Shown one piece after another: positions 1 through 8,378 of a stretch of 32,000 nucleotides of DNA. This DNA is from Candidatus Kuenenia stuttgartensis (GTDB taxonomy: Bacteria; Planctomycetota; Brocadiia; Brocadiales; Brocadiaceae), in assembly GCF_900232105.1 (NCBI RefSeq), contig NZ_LT934425.1:4260001-4292000 (forward strand), given 5' to 3'. The notes under the pieces were generated by a model, which was not told where the DNA came from, ran no database searches, and saw only the letters and a program-made list of their open reading frames with translations. Position 1 is the stretch's first letter. Each line of letters opens with the position of its first letter. Both the position numbers and the translations under genes were made by a program.

Positions 1-389
1 ATATGCATAGGGTTAGGCGCGAATACTTTGTTTGTGTGTATTTAATCAAAGGCATACGTTTTCCATCATATATCTATAAAGTATGTAAGTATTTGATAAA
101 CGTATTCTTATGCGTTGATTGCAGATATTGCAAAGCGGCATCCTTTATTCGTTTCATTTCCTTGGGTATTTTATTTATTAATTATCAAATAATTAGCGTT
201 AATGGTTGTAATATAAATAGTTATATTTAATACAAAAAACCCTTTCTCGTGCTGGCATACTATTTGTTTAATTGTGAAGATAAGAAGCTCTCACACATAG
301 GAAATGGGGCATTGTTTTGCAGGAATGGGTACTTTGTAATAAAAACAATACGAACAATTTTAGAAATAATTCTTGAGAAAAAAATTGTT

Positions 390-767
390 ATGAAAATAAT
401 TAAAGTTGACGAATCAAAAATATCAGATGACTTGTTTAACATTGTCAAACTTGTATTCAGGGATAAAATGGACTGGAACTGTCCTGTGGAAGTTTGGCGC
501 ATGTGGATTAAAAAGGAAACAAAATCATGGAACCATTTTGTACAGTGGTTCCTGGACTATGATAAAAACATTGATTTGAAGTTGCGGGAGTTTTTGCACA
601 TGCATAATGGCGAATTTGAGGCGTTTACGAAAAACTGGGTTGCTGAGGATGAGCAAACATCATTCTATGAATTTTATGCAGAAAAGAAATGGGAAGAGGT
701 CTTATCAAATATACAGAAATTTTTCACAAACACAGCAAAAAACATAAACAACACAAAACTACCCTAA
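390..767 (+). CDS. hypothetical protein (125 aa from ATG 390; ORF track opens at 249)
   Basis: Open frame 249..767. The in-frame ATG at 390 (MKIIKVDESK...) is the more plausible start. W/K/E-rich sequence with no motif I recognise. Confidence 0.4.
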   Translation: MKIIKVDESKISDDLFNIVKLVFRDKMDWNCPVEVWRMWIKKETKSWNHFVQWFLDYDKNIDLKLREFLHMHNGEFEAFTKNWVAEDEQTSFYEFYAEKKWEEVLSNIQKFFTNTAKNINNTKLP

Positions 768-850
768 AATCGGTTGAGATAATTCTCAATGGGTAATCCA
801 TGGGAATACTACCATTCACTTCCTACCATTCACTTCATTTGCTACTTTTT

Positions 851-1002
851 TGTAACACTTTATTTTTTTTAAAAATTCCAATATTGGCAATGTTTGCCGC
901 ATAGTGTAGGGGCGAAGCATTTACCATAAATTGTTATAAATAAGTTCATACCCAAACGGGCAAATGCTTCGCCCCTACTTTTCCAAAAAACCAAAGTGTT
1001 AC
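851..1002. repeat. about 150-bp palindromic MITE-like element
   Basis: Outer inverted termini are tgtaacacttt (851-861) and aaagtgttac (993-1002). Inner 20-nt arms are gtaggggcgaagcatttacc (906-925) and ggcaaatgcttcgcccctac (959-978), with 1 mismatch. Related half-copies occur at 8379-8525 and 10068-10171. Confidence 0.7.
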
Positions 1003-1312
1003 GATTTGTTTGACTTATAGCAACAGGAACGAAGGCTGCCGAGGTTAAGACTAAGAAAAAAGACTTAACTTTTTGGCAAAAGATTGATAGATTGATTATG
1101 TGGACGAGGAATAGTAATTATTAAGCTAAACATTTTACCATGAAAGAGTAAGGAGGTAAGTCCCTCCGTATTTCGGCATAAGAACTATCATTTTTGTTTC
1201 TTTTCGGGAGAAGAATCCAGTCTCCACATACATTTTCAATATCTCGACGGAGAAACAAAATTCTGGTGAGAATCACTGGTTTCACTTGCAAGGCATTATG
1301 GACTATCTACAA

Positions 1313-1440
1313 AGCAGTCATCATGTTTCATTTGCAACACCCAGAAACGATGAAAGATGAAAATGGTTTTATAACCCTATCATCTTGTAGTATCTGTACT
1401 TAAGCTATTTTTTGCAGTCTTACTTTCGAGTTGGGAACAT
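1313..1440. repeat. direct repeat copy 1 (about 125 bp, roughly 80% identical to 1801-1920)
   Basis: Aligned by eye: agcagtcatcatgtttcatttgcaacacccagaaacgatg...tggttttataaccctatcatcttgtag...ttttttgcagtcttactttcgag versus the copy at 1801-1920. Copy 1 has a 6-nt insertion. Confidence 0.7.
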
Positions 1441-1500
1441 CTGGCATTTCTGTTTCTGTACCGGTTCTAATGTATAGGGCCATCCAAAAGGTATCAGCTT

Positions 1501-1795
1501 GTCATTGCAGGAGGCCCGGCTTGTCATCGCAAGGGTCTTTTTCTGCTTGTCATTGCGAGGGTATTTTCCGAAGCAATCAGTATACTACGAGATATTTCGT
1601 GACGTAAGAAACGCCATATCGCGAGAAAAGCAAATTAAGGGTGGCTCAAGGGCTAAAAAAATAGAATTAATTACTGGAATGAATGCGGGATGGAAGATCT
1701 CTATGACGGTTTATGAGATTGCTTCGGAAAATACCCTCGCAATGACAAGCTGAGACCCCTGCAATGACAAGCGGATACCCTTGTAATGACAAAAT
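1501..1795. repeat. nested inverted repeats of the gtcattgcgagg / cctcgcaatgac motif
   Basis: A perfect 33-bp inverted repeat, cttgtcattgcgagggtattttccgaagcaatc, sits at 1546-1578 with its exact reverse complement at 1717-1749. Two further degenerate units lie outside each arm (from 1501 and 1521 on the left, from about 1757 and 1778 on the right). Confidence 0.85.
1577..1720 (+). pseudogene. C-terminal fragment of a small GIY-YIG (UPF0213-type) nuclease
   Basis: The translation SVYYEIFRDVRNAISREKQIKGGSRAKKIELITGMNAGWK matches the conserved C-terminal half of small GIY-YIG proteins (pattern lvYyE.f.d...Ai.REKQlK.w.R.kK..LI...NP.W.DL). The N-terminal GIY...YIG half is absent. The ...IASENTLAMTS tail is encoded by the right repeat arm. 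Confidence 0.6.
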
Positions 1796-1800
1796 AAGTC

Positions 1801-1920
1801 ATCAGTCATCATGTTGCATCAGCAACACCCGGAAACGATGAAAATGGTTTTATAGCCATATCATATTGCGGCACCTGTGCTTGAGTTATTTTTTGTAGTC
1901 TTATTTTCGAGACAGGAAAT
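1801..1920. repeat. direct repeat copy 2 (partner of 1313-1440)
   Basis: See 1313-1440. The two copies bracket the GIY-YIG remnant. Confidence 0.7.
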
Positions 1921-2009
1921 ACAAAAAATCATTGAGGAGAAAAAAACGACCTTGCAAAAAAGTGGAAGAAGCATTTTTGAAAGCCGAAATTGTAAATATA
2001 TCCAATTTC

Positions 2010-2051
2010 GATATTTGGCTATATACAGTCGGTATTTGGCTATATACAGAT
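2010..2051. repeat. 21-bp tandem duplication
   Basis: gatatttggctatatacagtc (2010-2030) is followed directly by ggtatttggctatatacagat (2031-2051). Confidence 0.85.
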
Positions 2052-2105
2052 GGGAAGGAGTATTTTTTGACTTACTAAGAGTACCCTTGGTTTCAAGATG
2101 CAAAA

Positions 2106-2231
2106 ATGAGGGAGATTCAGAATGTACAGCTCATCCACGACTCGCATTTACATTGGCCTGACCTGGACATCGATCTGGAAATAGACTCTCTGGAAAATCC
2201 AGAAAAGTATCCTCTGGTATACAAACCATAA
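2106..2231 (+). pseudogene. DUF2442-like C-terminal fragment (41 codons)
   Basis: ATG 2106 to TAA 2229-2231 gives MREIQNVQLIHDSHLHWPDLDIDLEIDSLENPEKYPLVYKP. The HWPDLDxDLxxxSL block resembles the conserved C-terminus of DUF2442 proteins (..vHWPeiDEDisvegLL). Full-length members are about 80-90 aa, so this is about half a gene. Confidence 0.35.
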
Positions 2232-2531
2232 AAGGATGACACATAGTGTCAATTACTGCCAGCTTAAAGCAGGCAACAGCTATTATTGAGTTTGTAATGT
2301 AGATAACCAGACAAATCATACTGAAGTTGTCAATAGATAAGGTCTGGCCCTGTCATTATATATAGTCAAACAAATAAGGTCTTCAAAAGAAGAACAATAA
2401 AATTCGTAACAATTTAGTATTTTAAAAAATTCCAACAATTTAGTGTGACGGGATTCGCCGCACCAAAAAAAGTTGTGCGATAAGGAAGAAGGTCTACTCG
2501 ATAGTGCGACTAAGATACAAGGGAGTGATCA

Positions 2532-3251
2532 TTGATTTATGCAATAATAGGTGATATACACAGTAATTATGAGGCGTTTACTGCCGTTGCAGATGAAATA
2601 CGAAAAGAACGTGTCGATGAAATATTCTGCGTAGGCGATATTGTTGGTTATGCCGCAGAACCAATTTTGTGCATTGAATTAGTACAACAACTACGTTGTA
2701 AAACCGTTGCAGGCAATCACGACTGTGCGGTGGTAGGGAAATTCCCCGTAAGTTATTTCAATAAATCCGCAAAAGAAGCGGCCATATGGACGTCAAACCA
2801 ACTTTCACAAAGTTATAAAGATTATTTGAAAAATTTGCCCCTGATTGAGAAATGGAACGACATTACCCTTGTGCATGCTTCTTTAAACAGGCCGGAATTC
2901 TTTGACTACATAACAACCCTCGCAGACGCTCAATTGAGTTTTGATAAACTAAATACATCTGTTTGCTTTTACGGTCATACCCATGTGCCCTCGGCATTAT
3001 TTCTAAACGAGAGTTCTGTCCGGTTGGATAAAGGACATGTCTTTGATTTGAATAATGTAGAAAAGGCACTCATAAACGTGGGGAGTGTTGGACAGCCGCG
3101 CGATTGGGATTTGAGGGCATCTTACGCTATTTACAACACCGAACAAAAAACCGTACATATCAAGCGGGTCAAATACAATATTATCTCTGCAATGGAAAAA
3201 ATTTATAAGGCTGGACTGCCTGGAGAAAATGCATTACGGTTAGGAGGTTAA
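2532..3251 (+). CDS. metallophosphoesterase (calcineurin-like phosphoesterase fold)
   Basis: The full motif set is present: GDIHSN, GDIVGY, GNHD, LVHAS, GHTHVP. TTG start follows an AAGGGAG Shine-Dalgarno (SD) motif 6 nt upstream. 239 aa. Confidence 0.85.
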   Translation: MIYAIIGDIHSNYEAFTAVADEIRKERVDEIFCVGDIVGYAAEPILCIELVQQLRCKTVAGNHDCAVVGKFPVSYFNKSAKEAAIWTSNQLSQSYKDYLKNLPLIEKWNDITLVHASLNRPEFFDYITTLADAQLSFDKLNTSVCFYGHTHVPSALFLNESSVRLDKGHVFDLNNVEKALINVGSVGQPRDWDLRASYAIYNTEQKTVHIKRVKYNIISAMEKIYKAGLPGENALRLGG

Positions 3252-3256
3252 AGTCT

Positions 3257-4135
3257 ATGGATTCTCACAAACATACTGATAATTTTTCTAAAAACGAGCT
3301 GGAACGTGATATCTTCGGTAGCATAAAAGATAAAGAAATAGAAAACGTGGAATGCGAACGATGGATGGGCGGTCCCCGCGGACCTGAGAAAATAACTTTT
3401 AGAGATGGAAGTATCGCAATGTTTAAATGCGATATCCGGCACTACTGGATGGCTGATAACCCGGATACTCCTATCAGGGAAACTATTGTTTATAAAATTG
3501 ACACCATAGTAGGACTTGGATTAGTCCCGAAAACGATGGTAATTGACGATACCATTAACAATATACGATATAACGGTTCCATTCAGGAATGGGTAAAAAA
3601 TGCGAAAGACGGATATCAAATAGATAAAATGACCCGTAAAGAAAGAGAGGATTACCAACGATTGCTAATCTTCGATTTTATAATTGGCAACAGCGACAGA
3701 CACCTGGGAAACATATTATTTACCAGTGATGACAAAATACACGCTATTGATAATAACGCATGCCTTGTTATTGGTAAAGATGAAGATCTTCTTGCATTTC
3801 CGGATGCGATAATTGATTTTTTTAATAAAAAAACTATTACCGATATTCCCCACGTTGTGGAGTTGATAGAAACATTTTACAAAAATAAAAAAATAATATT
3901 GAATTTGATTGGGAAATATGTGCATGACAATACAAAATTGGCGCAATTAATGGTGGAGTCAAGGATTAATTATTTGTTTAATATGCTGAAAAAAAAACAG
4001 CCTTTCCCGCGAAAATACTTAGAATGGCGGAAGGGATTGAGCGCGGAAATTCAAAGAATTTTGTCGCAAAACCAATCGTCGTTCCCCATGTATTTAACCT
4101 TAACCGCCTTATCACAGCTTGCAGTATGGGGTTAA
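3257..4135 (+). CDS. PI3/PI4-kinase-like (SCO1664/HipA-like fold) putative kinase
   Basis: Catalytic-loop-like GNSDRHLGNILF followed by IHAIDNN (DRHxxN ... ID-x-x). The upstream block ETIVYKIDTIVGLGLVPKT resembles the substrate lobe of bacterial PI3_PI4-kinase-like proteins. A strong TAGGAGG SD lies inside the 3' end of the upstream gene, with a 5-nt gap between the genes. Confidence 0.65.
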   Translation: MDSHKHTDNFSKNELERDIFGSIKDKEIENVECERWMGGPRGPEKITFRDGSIAMFKCDIRHYWMADNPDTPIRETIVYKIDTIVGLGLVPKTMVIDDTINNIRYNGSIQEWVKNAKDGYQIDKMTRKEREDYQRLLIFDFIIGNSDRHLGNILFTSDDKIHAIDNNACLVIGKDEDLLAFPDAIIDFFNKKTITDIPHVVELIETFYKNKKIILNLIGKYVHDNTKLAQLMVESRINYLFNMLKKKQPFPRKYLEWRKGLSAEIQRILSQNQSSFPMYLTLTALSQLAVWG

Positions 4136-4162
4136 CATTACTTCAGGATTAACGCATTAAAT

Positions 4163-4191
4163 CAGATAGACGCATTGCATGCGTCTATCTG
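4163..4191 (+). terminator. perfect 13-bp stem hairpin downstream of the kinase-like gene
   Basis: cagatagacgcat-tgc-atgcgtctatctg, 27 nt after the stop codon. The trailing sequence ttgtgtcaacattttt is only moderately U-rich. A degenerate half-copy sits at 4225-4250. Confidence 0.45.
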
Positions 4192-4609
4192 TTGTGTCAA
4201 CATTTTTATTACGTGCAGCAGTTTCCAGATGCATGCAATGCGTCTCTTACATTATGCACATTGAAATTCCTATACGTGAACGTATTTTTCAAAAAATTAA
4301 AGTATTACAAAACATTTGATTTTTTTGCGATAACCTGTCATTTTTACCCGTAAGCTGATCTGTTTTTTACTCATTTTACCAAAAAAGGTCTCCCTTATCA
4401 TTAAAGATAACAACTAAGAACCGACAGATATCCTTTCGCTTGCCTTTCTGGTATACGATGACCTCTCACCAAAAGATATTGAGGATATAGAAACATTGGT
4501 TCTCGATAGAAGCAGCTTTTCAAGAGATCAAGAGATAATGACTAACCATACACCAACCATCACTCCTCTACACAGACATATTATCAGCACTTTTCAAAGG
4601 GAATCACGT

Positions 4610-4732
4610 AACTATTCAGCGTAAACGATACACGGCTCGTTCCCAAACTTTGTACTGAACATAGTGAAGTATCTGTTTGGGAACGAGTTGCGCTCTGATC
4701 TCCGGTAGTTTAATAAATTACGCTGAATAGTT
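4610..4732. repeat. 123-bp nested inverted-repeat element (MITE or structured RNA)
   Basis: Outer perfect 15-bp arms: aactattcagcgtaa (4610-4624) and ttacgctgaatagtt (4718-4732). Inner perfect 13-bp arms: ctcgttcccaaac (4636-4648) and gtttgggaacgag (4675-4687). Confidence 0.7.
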
Positions 4733-4985
4733 ATTGTAATTTACTTATTATAAACATTATTAATAAATAAGTAAAAAAACATTTATCTTATCTATAATAT
4801 TATACTTACCATATTATTTAAAAACGTAATACTAGCACTATACCGACATGTTATCAACAATTGTTTTATGATAAAATACTCTAACAGATTTTCTTTCTGT
4901 GGTTTTTCTGCCACCGTTAATAAAAAAAGTCCAAGCCCCTTCCCTTATTTTCTCGGGCCCTTTTTTGTAAAATTGTGATCAGATG

Positions 4986-5094
4986 TATACTGTAATAGTT
5001 CACAAATAGGGATTTCTAAGGAAAAATTTAACTTCTGCCAACATAAATAATTATAGCATTTCTGGAATCACATTTTGTGAACTCCTACAGTATA
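4986..5094. repeat. 109-bp inverted-repeat element
   Basis: 21-nt arms tatactgtaatagttcacaaa (4986-5006) and tttgtgaactcctacagtata (5074-5094). 19 of 21 positions are complementary, with a central 2-nt mismatch. Confidence 0.65.
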
Positions 5095-5368
5095 GCAACC
5101 CCGCGACCCTCTTACACAAAGAATGGACAAATGGGGGGTAAAAGAAGATAGACAAGACGGTTTAAGATTTTTGATAAAAAAGCAATGTTTTCTCTATTTG
5201 TAGCACCGATAAAAAAGAGGAAAACAGGTCGCCGGATCAATGCAATTTTTGTATAGTTGATGTCTTTATTATGGAGATTGTTATTGTTAAAGTAGCAGAT
5301 AACGTGTATCATTTGTGATAGTTACAAATTTTATACCTATTTAAATAATGTAAGGATAGAAATAATCT

Positions 5369-6942
5369 ATGGAATCATTTGAAAGTTTAGGACTGTCAGA
5401 ATCAACACTAAAGGTGTTAAAGGAAAAGGGGTACGAAGAACCTACGCCAATTCAGCAAAAAACCATACCGGCAATACTGAGCGGAACTAAAGATATCGTG
5501 GGGCAGGCGCAGACGGGTACTGGCAAAACAGCGGCATTCGGCCTTCCCGTTCTTGAACTCCTGCCGGAAAAATCAAAAAATGTTCAGGCGCTTGTACTCA
5601 CTCCAACACGAGAATTGGCAATTCAGGTGGCAGAAGAACTCAATTCGCTGAAGGGAAAGAAAAGATTGAGCATTGTTCCCATATACGGAAGGCAATCCAT
5701 GGAATTACAGCTAAGAAGCCTTAAAAAGGGGATTGATATTGTTGTCGGCACGCCAGGCCGTGTCCTTGATCATCTGAAGCGGGGCACATTAAAGATCGGC
5801 AAAATATCGTTTCTTGTCCTTGATGAAGCGGATGAAATGCTGAATATGGGTTTTATTGATGATGTCAGAGAAATCATGGAAAACACGGGACATGAAAAAA
5901 GGACATTGCTGTTTTCTGCTACTATGCCCTTTGAAATAATGCAAATAGCCAAAAATTATATGCGAGACTTTGACGTGCAGAAGGTCAACGCCGGACAACT
6001 TACCGTAAGTCAGACAGATCAGATTTATTTTGAGGTATTTGCGGCGGATAAATTTGAAGCGCTTTGCAGGATAATAGATATCGAGAAGGATTTTTACGGC
6101 CTTGTTTTCTGCCGTACAAAAATTGATGTTGACGCCGTTGCCAGCCATCTGATTGAACGCGGTTACGATGCGGACGCATTGCACGGCGATATATCTCAAA
6201 GCCTGAGGGAAAAGATCCTTGCCAAATTTAAAAAACGCCAGATCAACATACTTATCGCAACTGATGTGGCGGCGCGGGGATTAGACATTCACAACCTTTC
6301 CCATGTAATAAATTATTCCCTTCCGCAGGACCCAGAATCATATGTCCACAGGATTGGGCGCACCGGCCGCGCGGGGAAAGGGGGAATTGCTATAACATTT
6401 ATAACCCGGAAGAATACAGGAAACTGCAATTTATACAAAAAGCGGCAAAGACGGACATTCGCAAGGAAAAACTTCCAAAGATCGAGGATATTATACGGAC
6501 AAAAAAACTTAAAATAAAAGACCATATTAATGAAATTGTGGATTTAAATGCCCATAATTGCTACATTGAAATGGCAAAAGAATTGACCGAACATAAGAAA
6601 CCAGAAGATATCATATCAGCATTACTGCAGTATTCCTTTCCTGATGAACTTAATGAAAAACGCTATGTTGAAATAGAAGAGGCGGTAGTTGACAAGAAAG
6701 GGAAAACAAGGCTCTTTGTAACGCAGGGGAAACAGGAAGGATTAACACACAAAAAATTAGTGACATACATCAAGGATATATCAAATATCGCGAGTGAAAA
6801 AATACGGGACGTGCAGATTCTTGATAAATATTCTTTTGTAACACTCCCTTTTCGCGAAGCGGAAATATTATTAACGAGTTTTAAAAGAAGAAAAAAGGGA
6901 TCCGGATTGTTTATCACCAAAGCGAAAAAAATGCGGACATAG
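5369..6942 (+). CDS. deaD: DEAD-box ATP-dependent RNA helicase with C-terminal DbpA-type RNA-binding domain, interrupted by one frameshift
   Basis: Q-motif (PTPIQ), AQTGTGKT, PTRELA, DEAD, SAT, HRIGRTGRAG are all present in ORF 5369-6517. After ...AITFIT the expected continuation PEEYRKLQFIQKAAKTDIRKEKLPKIEDII... reads in the frame of ORF 6538-6942. That ORF carries the DbpA-like block KTRLFVTQGKQEGLTHKKLV...YSFVTLP. The shift maps to the CCC run at 6405-6407; one more C restores the frame. Confidence 0.9.
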
Positions 6943-6943
6943 A

Positions 6944-8374
6944 CTATTCATCCTCCAGACCTTTTCGCTTACTCTTATAAAAGGAAAGTCGTTTCCTGAT
7001 TTCTGCATCAAATCCATTCTGCGTCGGATGGTAATATTCCTTACTATCCAATTCTTTTGGCAGATACGACTGTTCAACATATCCACCGAAACTGTGTGGA
7101 TATTTATAATCCTTGCCGTATCCCATCCCCTTCATAAGAGTGGTAGGCGCATTTCTTACATGCATTGGTGCAGGCAATGCCCCTCTTTCTCTTACATCTT
7201 TTATCGCTGCTAAATATGCCATATACGACGCATTACTTTTCGGCGCACAGGCAAGATAGGTGACCCCCTGCGCGAGCGGTATCCATCCTTCAGGCATACC
7301 TACAAAATGAAACGCATCTTTTACCGATACGGCTAATTGAAGAGCGGCCGGGTCGGCATTGCCGATATCTTCCGCTGCAAATATGACCATTCTCCGCACA
7401 ATAAAGAGAGGGTCTTCCCCCGCCTCCAGCATACGCGCCAACCAATAGAGTGCGGCGTCAGGGTCGCTTCCCCTCATTGACTTTATGAAAGCGGAAATCA
7501 CGTTGTAATGCTCTTCTCCCCCCTTGTCATAGAGTAATGCCTTTCGCTGCATTGCCTCCATGGCAATTTCCATGGTGACAGGGCGAATGTCTTTTTCGTT
7601 TGGACGAACAAGCATAATGGCAGTTTCCAGGGTATTCAGCGCCGCTCTTGCCTCACCATGTGAGAACTCCGCTATAAAGTCAATGACGTCTTGCGGTATT
7701 TCTATCTTCTGACCGCCCAAACCACTTTCTCTATCCGACAAGGCATTCAACAAAATAGCAGTGATATGGCTCTTTCTGAGCGGTTCTAAAACAAGTACCT
7801 TACATCGTGACAAGAGAGGTGAATTGACCTCAAAGGAGGGATTTTCCGTTGTCGCACCTATTAAAGTAATAGTACCATCCTCCACATGATGTAAAAAAGA
7901 ATCCTGCTGGGCTTTGTTAAACCGATGAATTTCATCCACGAAAAGAACCGTCCTTTTGCCATTGAATTTAAGCTGTTCCTTTGCTTCCTCAATAACCGCC
8001 CGTATTTCTTTTACACCGGAGAGTACCGCTGAAAATGTGATAAAATGAGCATTCATCGCGTTTGCAATAATCAAGGCAAGCGTTGTCTTCCCAACACCCG
8101 GAGGACCCCAAAAGATTAATGAAACAAGTTCTTTATTTTCGATAAAACTTCTCAGAATCTTGCCCTCCCCCACGAGATGTTCCTGTCCCACAAATTCACT
8201 GAGATTTCGCGGCCTCATCCTGTCTGCCAAGGGTGATTTTTTTGTATCATCACGGACTGTATCAAATAAACTTCTTTGCACTTTTTTTGTAATCAACGCC
8301 TCATTCCTCTTTTCTTTTAACGAAGCTTTTGGAAATAAATACTGTTTTTCAACAAGTTTCACACGTATAGTCAA
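6944..8374 (-). CDS. rarA: replication-associated recombination protein A (AAA+ ATPase RarA/MgsA)
   Basis: PLADRMRP...GQEHL N-terminus, Walker A GPPGVGKTT, Walker B LFVDEIHRFNK, and a MgsA C-terminal helical region (ALYWLARMLEAGEDP, NAPT.LMK..GYG..Y.YPH). The start is uncertain: TTG at 8374 gives about 30 extra N-terminal residues compared with E. coli. Confidence 0.9.
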   Translation of the reverse strand: MTIRVKLVEKQYLFPKASLKEKRNEALITKKVQRSLFDTVRDDTKKSPLADRMRPRNLSEFVGQEHLVGEGKILRSFIENKELVSLIFWGPPGVGKTTLALIIANAMNAHFITFSAVLSGVKEIRAVIEEAKEQLKFNGKRTVLFVDEIHRFNKAQQDSFLHHVEDGTITLIGATTENPSFEVNSPLLSRCKVLVLEPLRKSHITAILLNALSDRESGLGGQKIEIPQDVIDFIAEFSHGEARAALNTLETAIMLVRPNEKDIRPVTMEIAMEAMQRKALLYDKGGEEHYNVISAFIKSMRGSDPDAALYWLARMLEAGEDPLFIVRRMVIFAAEDIGNADPAALQLAVSVKDAFHFVGMPEGWIPLAQGVTYLACAPKSNASYMAYLAAIKDVRERGALPAPMHVRNAPTTLMKGMGYGKDYKYPHSFGGYVEQSYLPKELDSKEYYHPTQNGFDAEIRKRLSFYKSKRKGLEDE

Positions 8375-8378
8375 AAAC

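Noticed and set aside
3-230. 75-aa ORF at the window start
   Set aside because: Extremely AT-rich sequence with implausible composition (C/Y/I/F-rich), no ribosome-binding site and no motif. Most likely noncoding.
1194-2161. ORFs 1194-1403, 1499-1753 (as a whole), 1861-2103 and 1877-2161
   Set aside because: They run through the direct and inverted repeats. Only the central part of 1499-1753 has protein-like similarity (the GIY-YIG fragment). The rest are repeat read-throughs.
5789-6199. Antisense ORFs inside well-supported genes (5789-6199, 10499-10852, 11613-11882, 19938-20450, 24261-24662, 27905-28201 and others)
   Set aside because: They lie fully within, and opposite to, genes with diagnostic motifs. 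They have no motifs of their own and are typical shadow ORFs.
6395-6420. Programmed ribosomal frameshift in the helicase gene
   Set aside because: There is no X XXY YYZ slippery heptamer or downstream stimulatory structure at the site. The same simple homopolymer-loss pattern is seen in unrelated genes.
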